A DNA stretch of 64,000 bases from a virus. The translations under genes were made by a program, and so were the position numbers. Where the stretch lies: the UHGV virus genome UHGV-0371537; one strand, given 5' to 3'. The notes under the pieces were generated by a model. It had not been told where the DNA came from and did not search any database. It saw only the letters and a program-made list of their open reading frames with translations. Below, piece after piece: positions 55,901-64,000 of the stretch (positions are counted from its first letter, which is position 1; each line of letters starts with the position of its first letter).

Positions 55901-55909
55901 GACTAAATT

Positions 55910-56524
55910 ATGAGCAACTATCTTCAGGGGAAATACACCCCGGTTAATCCCAAGAAGTACCAGGGGAATGTGAACAACATCATCTTCCGCTCTTCGCTGG
56001 AGTTGGTGGCTTTCAAGTTCTGTGATATGAACTCCGCGATAGTGAAGTGGTCGTCTGAAGAGACTGTAATCCCTTACGTGTCTCCGGTTGACGGTCGGAC
56101 CCATCGTTACTTCATGGACCTCAAGGTGTGGACACACCGTGAAGGACAGGAAGAACTCCAGGTCACCCTCATTGAGATCAAGCCCAAAGACCAGATTAAG
56201 CAGCCGAAGAAGACTCCGTCTATGAAGGAATCAACCTTCAACAATGCGATGCGAACCTGGCTGGTCAACTCCGCCAAATGGGAAGCCACCCGCGAACTGT
56301 GTGCCAAGAAGAACTGGAAGTTCATTATCTGGACTGAAGAGCATCTTGTCCCAGGCGAAGATCCCGATGTTCGCAAACAGTTCGAACTGAAGTCGAAGAA
56401 GAAACGGGATATGGAGATGGAAGACCGCCGTCGTGCCGAACGCGTCAGATTCTTGAAAGAACAGATGCGGAAGGAGATTCATCCCGCCCCAACGGAACGG
56501 GATGATGGGCTGTTGCTTCCCTAA
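55910..56524 (+). CDS. late protein, possibly head-completion (gp4-like)
   Basis: FRSSLELVAF ... DLKVW ... IEIKPK pattern; recalled resemblance only. Confidence 0.3.
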   Translation: MSNYLQGKYTPVNPKKYQGNVNNIIFRSSLELVAFKFCDMNSAIVKWSSEETVIPYVSPVDGRTHRYFMDLKVWTHREGQEELQVTLIEIKPKDQIKQPKKTPSMKESTFNNAMRTWLVNSAKWEATRELCAKKNWKFIIWTEEHLVPGEDPDVRKQFELKSKKKRDMEMEDRRRAERVRFLKEQMRKEIHPAPTERDDGLLLP

Positions 56525-56733
56525 CTTCTTTTGTGCCCAGGGGCGTAACAGGTATGTCTGTCGCGCCCAATTTGCCAACCATCAGCCCGAGCCAATCTGA
56601 CACACTCACCCCAAGTCTCACCAGTGTACTGTTTGAATCCACATTTGGGGTGATGCTCTTCCCAAGCCCAACTGCATGATTTACAGTCAGAGCATTCACA
56701 ATACAGGTCGATGGTGTAGCCTGAAGTAATCAT
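56521..56733 (-). CDS. small Cys-rich (zinc-ribbon-like) protein
   Basis: 70 aa with CECSDCKSC ... HHPKCG ... C...C. Confidence 0.35.
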   Translation of the reverse strand: MITSGYTIDLYCECSDCKSCSWAWEEHHPKCGFKQYTGETWGECVRLARADGWQIGRDRHTCYAPGHKRS

Positions 56734-56735
56734 GA

Positions 56736-57095
56736 TCAGTCACCAACCAAATGAAGGTCCGGGGGTAATTTCTTCAACATGGACTCCACATCTTCCACTT
56801 TAAAGAAATCCGTTTTCTCTCCATCTTGAATTCTTATCATTTCCCCTCTGATGTTGGGCACATTGATATAAACATCAGATCCTTCTATTTTGAAAGCCAC
56901 GGTGTAGAATATAGCATCTGCATCGAATCTGGCTCCGGTGATGATGCCCTTCAACCACACGTCTTCTTCAGAATCGGAGGTTGGGTCACCCAATTTCAGT
57001 TTGATGGCGTCACCAGGGTTAAATTGGGTGCTTGGGACTTCGTTCCGGCGTCTGGCTTCCATTTCCGTGAGGAATGTTCTATTTTGCCAGCTCAT
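56736..57095 (-). CDS. hypothetical protein
   Basis: ORF in early minus-strand cluster. Confidence 0.4.
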   Translation of the reverse strand: MSWQNRTFLTEMEARRRNEVPSTQFNPGDAIKLKLGDPTSDSEEDVWLKGIITGARFDADAIFYTVAFKIEGSDVYINVPNIRGEMIRIQDGEKTDFFKVEDVESMLKKLPPDLHLVGD

Positions 57096-57097
57096 GA

Positions 57098-57505
57098 TCA
57101 GTCGTCCAGGTGGTCGTAGATCTTCTGACGGAATGCATTACCGCCAGCACAGCCCGTGGCCAGCAGGCGAGTGCCGCCTGTACCGATGACACTGATGGTA
57201 GAGAAGCCCAGGATGCGGCCTGTGATGGACTGGTCGACCTTCACTGTTTCCACCTTGCCGATGCGCAACTCATCAGCATCACGACGGATGAATCCGCGCT
57301 TGACGATGACACGTTTGTTGGTCACAGCGAATTCAGTGGTCAACACGTTCAGCACAGTCGGGATCAGGAACAACAGACTGACACCGAAGGTCGGAACAAA
57401 CAGCAGTACAACCAGCACATACATCCAGAAACCACTCCACCAGGTCGGGCGGGTGAAGGCAATAACGTGCTCGTCTTTGCCGAGCATACGATCTACATAA
57501 CGCAT
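57098..57505 (-). CDS. membrane-anchored bacterial PH-domain (DUF304-like) protein
   Basis: Two N-terminal TM helices then EFAVTNKRVIVKRGFIRRDADELRIGKVETVKVDQSITGRILGFSTISV. Confidence 0.5.
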   Translation of the reverse strand: MRYVDRMLGKDEHVIAFTRPTWWSGFWMYVLVVLLFVPTFGVSLLFLIPTVLNVLTTEFAVTNKRVIVKRGFIRRDADELRIGKVETVKVDQSITGRILGFSTISVIGTGGTRLLATGCAGGNAFRQKIYDHLDD

Positions 57506-57515
57506 GATAAATTCC

Positions 57516-58025
57516 TTACTTGTCAGGGTTCACTAAAACAGGGTTAGATACCAGTTCGCCGTTCTTCACAGAATGCTGAACCACAGCAAACTGATCGACC
57601 ATGCGATACACTTCAATCCCAGCAGCCAACATTTCAATAATACCGTCTGTGATCCGGTACGGTACATTGTATATGACCTTACCAATCTTGCCACTGTCGA
57701 TAATACGACGGGTGCATTCCGGACACGGACTGTGGGTGACAAACATCACCAGACCACACCAGTCTTCAGCCCACTGGGGGAGTTTGTTTAAGGCATTCTC
57801 CTCAGCGTGGATAACGCCCACCGATACCAGTTGACCGTCCACTTCTTTCTCGCAAACATTTGGAGCGCCGGGGGCTGTCCCGTTCCAGCCGATAGATAGG
57901 GGCTGGTCAACACGTGGGTCAACGATAACACAGCCGACCTTCAGGCGCTGGGCATAGCTGGACAGAGCGTATGCATGAGCAGAGCGCATATGCGCAAACA
58001 TCATACGGGGTTTGATAGCCATCAC
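57516..58025 (-). CDS. dCMP deaminase
   Basis: Zinc-binding motifs HAEENAL and PCPEC (cytidine/dCMP deaminase signature). Confidence 0.8.
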   Translation of the reverse strand: MMAIKPRMMFAHMRSAHAYALSSYAQRLKVGCVIVDPRVDQPLSIGWNGTAPGAPNVCEKEVDGQLVSVGVIHAEENALNKLPQWAEDWCGLVMFVTHSPCPECTRRIIDSGKIGKVIYNVPYRITDGIIEMLAAGIEVYRMVDQFAVVQHSVKNGELVSNPVLVNPDK

Positions 58026-58336
58026 ATCACCAGTTTCTTTTCAAGGAGGAAGATCATGTCGTCCTGGTCTGCGCGACCGAAGATCTGACCCATGGCGACC
58101 ATCTGGTGAACTTCTCTGGTAATGATTTCTTTGCCAGGAGTAACTTCATCCAGGTCCATGATAGTGCTGACGCGGTCTACCATGCGCGGCGGGTGATTAA
58201 TGTAGCGCTGCAGGTACTTCTCACGAGTGGCAATCAGGTTGTTCAGCTCGGCGATTTCAGACTCTTCTTCTGAGAAGCGCTTTTCCTTCGCCTGTAGTTC
58301 AGCCAGACGCTCATACATTTCTTTTAATGGGGTCAT
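58022..58336 (-). CDS. hypothetical coiled-coil protein
   Basis: ORF with AAGAGGAA SD, overlapping deaminase start. Confidence 0.4.
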   Translation of the reverse strand: MTPLKEMYERLAELQAKEKRFSEEESEIAELNNLIATREKYLQRYINHPPRMVDRVSTIMDLDEVTPGKEIITREVHQMVAMGQIFGRADQDDMIFLLEKKLVM

Positions 58337-58406
58337 TTCCGGTTCCTCTTAATAAACTAAGGGGAAGTATATACTCCCCCTTCTTCAATAACCGCTGAAT
58401 CTTTAT

Positions 58407-58745
58407 TCAGAGATAAGATTTACCGAGTTCGGTCAGGCGATAGAACGTCACCTCAGTGTTCGGCCAGTTCACGTAAGAACCGTCATGAACCATTGAGCCA
58501 GCTGGTTCGATCAACCCCTTGGCGAGCAGGGAAGCCCCTGTGCGGGTGTCCCATGGGTCGCCTTTGACGGAGGTGAAACCACCAGCGTTCGGGCATACCT
58601 GGAACGTCCAGACGGTGTTGCCCTTGTCATTTGTCCAGGATTTGGGTTGCAAGTACCGTTCACCATAACGGCAATGACCTTTCTCAAAGTTCTCTATCCC
58701 GTAGAGAACTAAGAGTTGGTGTCCTGTAATACGCGGCTTTTTCAT
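58407..58745 (-). CDS. hypothetical protein
   Basis: ATG at 58745 with AAAGGAGT SD (track ORF extends to an alternative upstream start). Confidence 0.4.
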   Translation of the reverse strand: MKKPRITGHQLLVLYGIENFEKGHCRYGERYLQPKSWTNDKGNTVWTFQVCPNAGGFTSVKGDPWDTRTGASLLAKGLIEPAGSMVHDGSYVNWPNTEVTFYRLTELGKSYL

Positions 58746-59059
58746 GACAATACTCCTTTCAGAGCTAAAACGGAAAGCACACCAATAATCAACCATGTCG
58801 GGATAATCGGCTTGCAGTTCATGTGGGTTTCTCCACCTTCGATGTTTGGACTTCCTTGTATAAGAACGTGTTCACAGGAAGCTCTGAACGTCATTACACA
58901 GCCCATCAACACAATCGGCCTGATATAATAACCCGTTTTAGTTTGCTTCACGATACATGGAGAGGAGAAGCGCAGATATGGATCCCCTTTCCGGTAGCCT
59001 GTGATTGTGACCTTCTGCACTTCAGAAGGCACCTTTTGGCCAGGAAAATAAATTTTCAT
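58742..59059 (-). CDS. hypothetical protein with C-terminal hydrophobic segment
   Basis: ORF overlapping neighbours. Confidence 0.35.
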   Translation of the reverse strand: MKIYFPGQKVPSEVQKVTITGYRKGDPYLRFSSPCIVKQTKTGYYIRPIVLMGCVMTFRASCEHVLIQGSPNIEGGETHMNCKPIIPTWLIIGVLSVLALKGVLS

Positions 59060-59634
59060 ATTTCAATCCCCAGATTGGTGTATAACAACTCAGACAGGGT
59101 TACAGGACGCTTGAATTGTTCCCAACTACAGTTCAGGTATTCACGTTCTTCACGCATTTCACTGTGAAGATGACCATGGATATTATACGCCCAGCGGTCC
59201 AATTGATAAGGAACGTGAGTGGTCAGCACACGACCAACCGGAGTATCACGCTCATACATCGCACCAAAGGAGCTAATCCATCCCTCTTGATACAGCTGCA
59301 TCAACATCTTGAATCTGTCATGGTTGCCTTGCGCCACCCTGATGATAAAGTTCGGTCGCCAGTCATCGGGAACCGGGCGGCGCTTGAACTCATCAATATT
59401 CCTCTTGGCACCCTCGCGCATCAGGCGAATGAACCCCTCAGCCCCGATGAAGCAGATGTCCCCAGCCAGTTCAAGGACGTCTCGGGACTTCAGCCCCTGA
59501 AAGATACTGTCGATAACTGCAGCATCATGCGCCTCTTGGGTATCGAACCCACGGGGCTTGAAGACCTTCTTGTGTCCGAGGTGGGTGTCGCCCAGATATT
59601 TTACAATTCCTGCCATTATGGTCTCCTCAACCAT
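59056..59634 (-). CDS. calcineurin-like metallophosphoesterase
   Basis: Motifs GDTHLG, GNHD, GHLH in canonical order. Confidence 0.65.
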   Translation of the reverse strand: MVEETIMAGIVKYLGDTHLGHKKVFKPRGFDTQEAHDAAVIDSIFQGLKSRDVLELAGDICFIGAEGFIRLMREGAKRNIDEFKRRPVPDDWRPNFIIRVAQGNHDRFKMLMQLYQEGWISSFGAMYERDTPVGRVLTTHVPYQLDRWAYNIHGHLHSEMREEREYLNCSWEQFKRPVTLSELLYTNLGIEI

Positions 59635-60044
59635 TCTAAAATCGATACGTTCACAAACCCCTTATGCCAGCGATGGGGTTTATGGCCTCTGTTGTGTTCG
59701 AGCAAACACGTGTCCGGTGGGACACTGAAGTGGATGCCGTCGATGTCGTAGTAATGCCCATCAATCAGAGTATACACATGACCTTCGGTCTGACTGTAAT
59801 GGATCTCTGCTTGAGGGTACACGTGCTTCAACAACAGAGCGACCTGGTAACACTTCCCGTTCTTCCCCACGTACTCGACATCCACCTGTTGTGGAAACAC
59901 ATCTTTGACAAGGTTTATCAATCTCGTGATGTCATTTACAACAACCGAACGTTTCATATCGCCTCTCCCGAGGATTCGTTGGTGAACCAATGATACTCTA
60001 TCCCGGATATAGAAAAGCCCCTCACGGGGCTTGATCATCTTCAT
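59616..60044 (-). CDS. hypothetical protein
   Basis: ORF overlapping neighbours; start uncertain. Confidence 0.3.
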   Translation of the reverse strand: MKMIKPREGLFYIRDRVSLVHQRILGRGDMKRSVVVNDITRLINLVKDVFPQQVDVEYVGKNGKCYQVALLLKHVYPQAEIHYSQTEGHVYTLIDGHYYDIDGIHFSVPPDTCLLEHNRGHKPHRWHKGFVNVSILEWLRRP

Positions 60045-60324
60045 CAGGGAATATACGCCATCGACCTATTCCATACCACTCACCGATAGAGTTCCATGTC
60101 CTTTCCCCAGGCCAGCCACCGACCGAGTAGTAATGCGCCACCAGCCGCCAGTAAGGAAGAGAGGCCGTGTTCACGCCGCCGTCGGCCTTTAGGCAGGCCA
60201 AGTACCAATTCGTGAGACTGAACGCCTGAAATAACGGATGAAGGAACATGAAGTACAGGTAGCCCAATATGGCTGTGAACACCCCAGCTGTTACGATCAC
60301 ACCGATGACAGTGAATACAATCAT
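60022..60324 (-). CDS. small membrane protein
   Basis: Hydrophobic N-terminal TM segment. Confidence 0.35.
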   Translation of the reverse strand: MIVFTVIGVIVTAGVFTAILGYLYFMFLHPLFQAFSLTNWYLACLKADGGVNTASLPYWRLVAHYYSVGGWPGERTWNSIGEWYGIGRWRIFPDEDDQAP

Positions 60325-60953
60325 CCCACAACCTCCAGCCCCATCAGATCTTCCATGGTCTTCTGAATACGCAGCCAGTCAAGCGCAGCGTCATAACGAG
60401 GGTCATGATAGACCATACCTTCCAGTTCCCACGCCTTGATACCAGCATACCGATCCTGCTGTCCAACACCCTTCAGCCAACTCACGATGTCGAAGGTGTG
60501 GTGGTAATCCCAAGGCTCGTTGGAATCCTGCTTACACGTCACCTCAATGATGTGCTGAGCCTTGCGCAGATCGAACAGGTTGCGATCACACCAGTCAACC
60601 GAGCGCGGGTCTACCCCAAGACGATGACAACCCTTGCGGATTTCATCGGCCAGCTGGAAGATAGAGATGTCATCTTCCTTGGGGTACAGACTGACTGCGC
60701 GAGCCGCATCACACGGGTTACGTTTACCCGCCCCCAACCACCATTCTACCGTCCCAGCGTCCTTCACGCGACCAAGTTCGAGCTGCTCTTTGACATTCAG
60801 CTTAATGAACGTCGTGTGCTCCTCAACCAGCTGCTGAAGAGTATAACGCTTGGTCAGGTCGGCGATGGTGTGCGCCCAAGACAGCATGACTGCATCATCC
60901 CAGCGCCCCAAGGTTTCACTGTCGGCCACAGCCAAAAAATTTGATTTATACAT
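60321..60953 (-). CDS. DEDD-family 3'-5' exonuclease (DexA/DnaQ-like)
   Basis: Exo motifs AVADSETLG (DxE), H..D region, YHDPRYDAALD. Confidence 0.5.
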   Translation of the reverse strand: MYKSNFLAVADSETLGRWDDAVMLSWAHTIADLTKRYTLQQLVEEHTTFIKLNVKEQLELGRVKDAGTVEWWLGAGKRNPCDAARAVSLYPKEDDISIFQLADEIRKGCHRLGVDPRSVDWCDRNLFDLRKAQHIIEVTCKQDSNEPWDYHHTFDIVSWLKGVGQQDRYAGIKAWELEGMVYHDPRYDAALDWLRIQKTMEDLMGLEVVG

Positions 60954-61197
60954 GCTTATTCTCCCAACACTTTATTTTGGCTTTTACTGTATAATAATTT
61001 TCATCAATGAACTTTTTGTTGACGCGCTTAATTTCTATCTCTGGGCAAAGTAACCCTATAGTTTCCCTCAAAATCTGGCTCACCCTGGCCTGTGAAATAC
61101 AATAAATTTCTGATACTTCTTTCGAACTAGTTCCAGACATGACAAGTTTTAGAATATTGACCTTTTTATAAAATTCTTGATCAAACGCGCATATCAT
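60946..61197 (-). CDS. small helix-turn-helix protein (sigma region-4-like HTH)
   Basis: SSKEVSEIYCISQARVSQILRE resembles a region 4.2/LuxR-type HTH. Confidence 0.45.
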   Translation of the reverse strand: MICAFDQEFYKKVNILKLVMSGTSSKEVSEIYCISQARVSQILRETIGLLCPEIEIKRVNKKFIDENYYTVKAKIKCWENKHV

Positions 61198-61200
61198 TAT

Positions 61201-61815
61201 TCACCCCTCCTCGTCGATGATTTCTTGCTCATCTTCGACAATCATGATACCTTCTGTGTCCAGATGAGAAAGTTCCATCAGATCATCATCGAATCCGTCT
61301 CCTTCCCTGATATAGAAGACTGGGACGACACGACGGCGGGTCTCTTCATACACGCTTTCAGAGATTCGATTGATATGGCGCACTACACTGTAGAGGTTCA
61401 GGCCACCAATACCACAGCCGATAGCAGGCAGGCCGACATAGACAGTTTCGTCTTTAGTTGCTTCCACAATTTCATGCACCTGCTCAAACAGGGTCTGAAC
61501 AGAACTGATGACTGACGGCATGCGAGCGTTCGGACCTGGATAAAACTGAGTGTAGAGATTCGCACCCCAAACGCCCTTGCTGTGGTCAAATGCATAGGAC
61601 ATACCACCCAGGCGTTGCTCTGGACCACGAGGGTCGTTCGCATCGACTTCGCGCAGCGCTGGGAAGTTGTTGCCGATGTGCAGGGCAATACCCGCGCCCA
61701 TGGTGGACCAGCAGTTGGCACCGTGGGCAAAGATGTTTATCAGATTGAAGCTGCAGGCGGCTTTCAGTAAATCACCGCCATTGATTACATAAGTGGTCAT
61801 GCGTACTGTCTCCAT
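61201..61815 (-). CDS. macro domain (ADP-ribose-binding/hydrolase) protein
   Basis: LINIFAHGANCWSTMGAGIALHIG (cf. macro VVNAAN..GGGV) and LPAIGCGIGGLN glycine-rich loop. Confidence 0.55.
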   Translation of the reverse strand: METVRMTTYVINGGDLLKAACSFNLINIFAHGANCWSTMGAGIALHIGNNFPALREVDANDPRGPEQRLGGMSYAFDHSKGVWGANLYTQFYPGPNARMPSVISSVQTLFEQVHEIVEATKDETVYVGLPAIGCGIGGLNLYSVVRHINRISESVYEETRRRVVPVFYIREGDGFDDDLMELSHLDTEGIMIVEDEQEIIDEEG

Positions 61816-62039
61816 TCAATAATGCTGTTGTCAACACACAACACCTGAAAGATGCCCGTGCGGTGGCGATAATCGGTTATCTGCAGGATAAAGTTGTTCC
61901 CATTGCGGATAATGGTGTTGACAACGATACCCTTGGCAGCAAGGCGTGTTACTATCTCAGTGCAAAGGCGGTCCATATAACCGGACACAGAACCTGGTTC
62001 AAAGCAGCGCTCGAACAGATTTTCAAATTCTGGATTCAT
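61797..62039 (-). CDS. hypothetical small protein
   Basis: ORF overlapping macro gene start. Confidence 0.3.
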   Translation of the reverse strand: MNPEFENLFERCFEPGSVSGYMDRLCTEIVTRLAAKGIVVNTIIRNGNNFILQITDYRHRTGIFQVLCVDNSIIEWRQYA

Positions 62040-62089
62040 TTGTTGTTACCAAACAAGGGGTCGAGGCGGTAATAATACCGCCTTTTTCT

Positions 62090-62473
62090 TCAATAGAGGT
62101 CTTCGGAAAAGAGTTCACGGAAAGGATTGGTTTTGAGGCGGACCTGGTTGATCTGTCCGGCTTCACGGGCTACGACGCAAGCCTCTTCACGAGTGAGGAA
62201 GTTCCCCTGATTGTCGATGAAGCCCTGCTCACGAGTATGAGTAGATTTAATGACGCCAGCCTCCTTCAGAATCTTGAGCTGGCTGTTCATGAATCGGCTA
62301 TGGTGTCGGTCAGCAACAACGATTACATCACCATATTTGTTTGCAGCAGCGACCACACGGCGCTCCCAAGCCCCTTCCGCAGGGAGGTCACGGGTGTACA
62401 GGGGAATCACAGTATCACCGATGGAGTCGCCATTCACCTGGGAGAATAATTTACCATCAGTGCCTGTTGGCAT
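62090..62473 (-). CDS. hypothetical protein
   Basis: ORF; hairpin GGCGGTA-ataa-TACCGCC just downstream. Confidence 0.4.
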   Translation of the reverse strand: MPTGTDGKLFSQVNGDSIGDTVIPLYTRDLPAEGAWERRVVAAANKYGDVIVVADRHHSRFMNSQLKILKEAGVIKSTHTREQGFIDNQGNFLTREEACVVAREAGQINQVRLKTNPFRELFSEDLY

Positions 62474-62502
62474 TCACGAAAATAACCAAGTAATTTCATA
62501 AT

Positions 62503-62823
62503 CTAGTCAATCCATATTTCAGGTTCAGGAATGTCGACCATATCCACTGTCTGGTTCTTCAGATCATGGAAACAGTCGCCGAGGAATTGTATTTTGCCGT
62601 CGGTCAGGAACAGATGGCAACGTGACGCTGGGTCAGATGCATTCACAAGCAGGCTCGGCGTGAACGTAGGCTCAACAACATTGTTGTTCCACGTCCACAC
62701 TGGACCTTGTTCTGGAGATCCCTTCACGCGGTATGGGTGAAGCATATCACACCCAGGACAATGAAAATACAGGGAATCACCCATGGACAGAAGTTTAGGA
62801 CTCAGAAGATGCGACATGATCAA
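62503..62823 (-). CDS. hypothetical protein with HCPGC...H motif
   Basis: Possible small metal-binding protein. Confidence 0.35.
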   Translation of the reverse strand: MIMSHLLSPKLLSMGDSLYFHCPGCDMLHPYRVKGSPEQGPVWTWNNNVVEPTFTPSLLVNASDPASRCHLFLTDGKIQFLGDCFHDLKNQTVDMVDIPEPEIWID

Positions 62824-63107
62824 CCCTCCACGCTTGCTTCAGGATCGTATGGGCGCAGTTCACCAATCAGTTTCGGGAAAAGAGCGAACCCAAACAAGTT
62901 GAAAGAACGCATGGTGCCGACCATTGCAACATCTTCCCCTTCCTCGATATCTTTCAGGGCGCACATTGGGTAATATTCATCGACCTCCGGGTCTTCGGTT
63001 TCACCATAGAGGCCAAACGCCACCTCTTCTTTGATAAAGCGAGGAACCAGGAAATCAAATAGGAAAATGATGAATACCACAGGCGCTGCAGAACGGAGAT
63101 AGAACAT
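62820..63107 (-). CDS. hypothetical small protein with N-terminal hydrophobic segment
   Basis: Overlaps upstream gene by 4 nt. Confidence 0.3.
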   Translation of the reverse strand: MFYLRSAAPVVFIIFLFDFLVPRFIKEEVAFGLYGETEDPEVDEYYPMCALKDIEEGEDVAMVGTMRSFNLFGFALFPKLIGELRPYDPEASVEG

Positions 63108-63149
63108 AGCACAATCCTCGCAGGTGAGGAGGGGCGAACCCCTCCGATG

Positions 63150-64000
63150 TTATAGGCCAAGAGCCTTTTCAAGGTCATCAAGATCTTCAGCGTACAGATC
63201 AATGTCCTCTTTCTTACTTAATTCCTTGTGTTGTGCTTCAAGGTTCTCAATCTGCTTGAGTAGGCGCTCACGGGCATCCAAGGTGATGGATGATAGAGGC
63301 ATCTTGAACAATTCGTCAAGGTCACCATCAAAGTCTGGGTAGTCTGTCTGGAACAATGCCTTCAGCTCATCAAGACTGCGTCGTAGGTCAGTCACCACAG
63401 CCCATGCAATAAACAGGGCACGATTGTTCAGCTTACGAATTCTGTCGGCCATATCCTTCAACAGATACTGGCGACGGTCTTCATACCGTGACAGGCGATA
63501 GTTGAAGAACGGCAACAACATATCCTGCCAACCAGCATAACGATGGATTACCCCGTCTTCATCCCATGCTGTCCAAACAGGCTTGTTGGCAGAGTACAAC
63601 TTGAACATCTGCTCAACCTGTTCATCACTCAGCTTAGAGAGTTCACCCCGCTTGAATACAACCGTGATATCCCAGCCGTCTTCGGTCGTGTCGTTGGCGT
63701 ACTCGGTCAGGATACCAGCCTTGTACAGAGGCAGCAACACCTTGGTCTCATAGGTCTTGGCAAACCAACCCACTGGGACTTCGGTGATATGCAGGGTGGT
63801 GGCATTGACGCGACGGAAGATGCCGCGACTGTATGCCCTTCCTTCCTCAGTATAGCCTGTCTCCCCTTTGTAGCCGTTCCAGTACGGTTTTAAGTCTTTC
63901 GGGTCTTCGCCACGGAGAAGCGCTCTCAGGGCACTGAGCACGGACTTAACGCAATGACAAGGGGTGTCGGTGGAATATCCGGTGCCGATACCATTGATCC
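63150..64000 (-). CDS. type II DNA topoisomerase subunit, 5'-partial (continues beyond window end)
   Basis: Frame open from window end; translation upstream of the track start contains GIGTGYST, resembling the topo II GIGTGW motif; C-terminal coiled-coil. Confidence 0.5.
   Translation of the reverse strand, partial: INGIGTGYSTDTPCHCVKSVLSALRALLRGEDPKDLKPYWNGYKGETGYTEEGRAYSRGIFRRVNATTLHITEVPVGWFAKTYETKVLLPLYKAGILTEYANDTTEDGWDITVVFKRGELSKLSDEQVEQMFKLYSANKPVWTAWDEDGVIHRYAGWQDMLLPFFNYRLSRYEDRRQYLLKDMADRIRKLNNRALFIAWAVVTDLRRSLDELKALFQTDYPDFDGDLDELFKMPLSSITLDARERLLKQIENLEAQHKELSKKEDIDLYAEDLDDLEKALGL

Noticed and set aside
62062-62090. Hairpin GGCGGTA-ataa-TACCGCC followed by TTTTTCTTC as a plus-strand terminator
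   Set aside because: Orientation gives a T-run only on the plus strand, but all flanking genes are on the minus strand; may be a weak bidirectional signal but not confidently a terminator.
1-64000. CRISPR array, integrase/transposase, or prophage attachment sites
   Set aside because: No regularly spaced direct repeats and no recombinase-like ORF seen; gene content is uniformly phage lytic-cycle genes, so the window is virion genome rather than an integrated island.

Overview
This window reads as a segment of a T4-like lytic myovirus genome, not a bacterial chromosome or an integrated prophage (no integrase, no host housekeeping genes). Plus-strand blocks carry early/middle replication, recombination and nucleotide-metabolism genes: gp47/gp46 (Mre11/Rad50-like), gp55 late sigma factor, gp61-like primase, gp41 helicase, UvsX, gp32, DNA ligase, NrdA/NrdB/glutaredoxin, PhoH, RNase H and an HU-like protein. 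Minus-strand blocks carry baseplate/tail genes (gp25-like, gp5-like central spike, gp27/gp29-like) and a run of small early genes ending in a partial topoisomerase II gene. All calls rest on motif recognition by eye; no database search was run. Transcription signals are readable: a family of sigma70-like promoters with a conserved TTTACT -35 hexamer, T4-type late promoters with a TAAATA core about 30-35 nt upstream of late-gene start codons, and many hairpin terminators. The most interesting candidate is a pyrimidine-modification module (P-loop kinase, thymidylate-synthase-family enzyme with a non-canonical active-site context, dNMP kinase, dCTPase-like enzyme, plus a distant dCMP deaminase), which suggests the virion DNA carries a modified pyrimidine. 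Other leads are a macro-domain protein in the early block, a conserved 5' leader shared by three unrelated genes, TATAAT-containing palindromes that double as terminators, two homing-endonuclease-like genes, and a ~500 bp structured non-coding gap.
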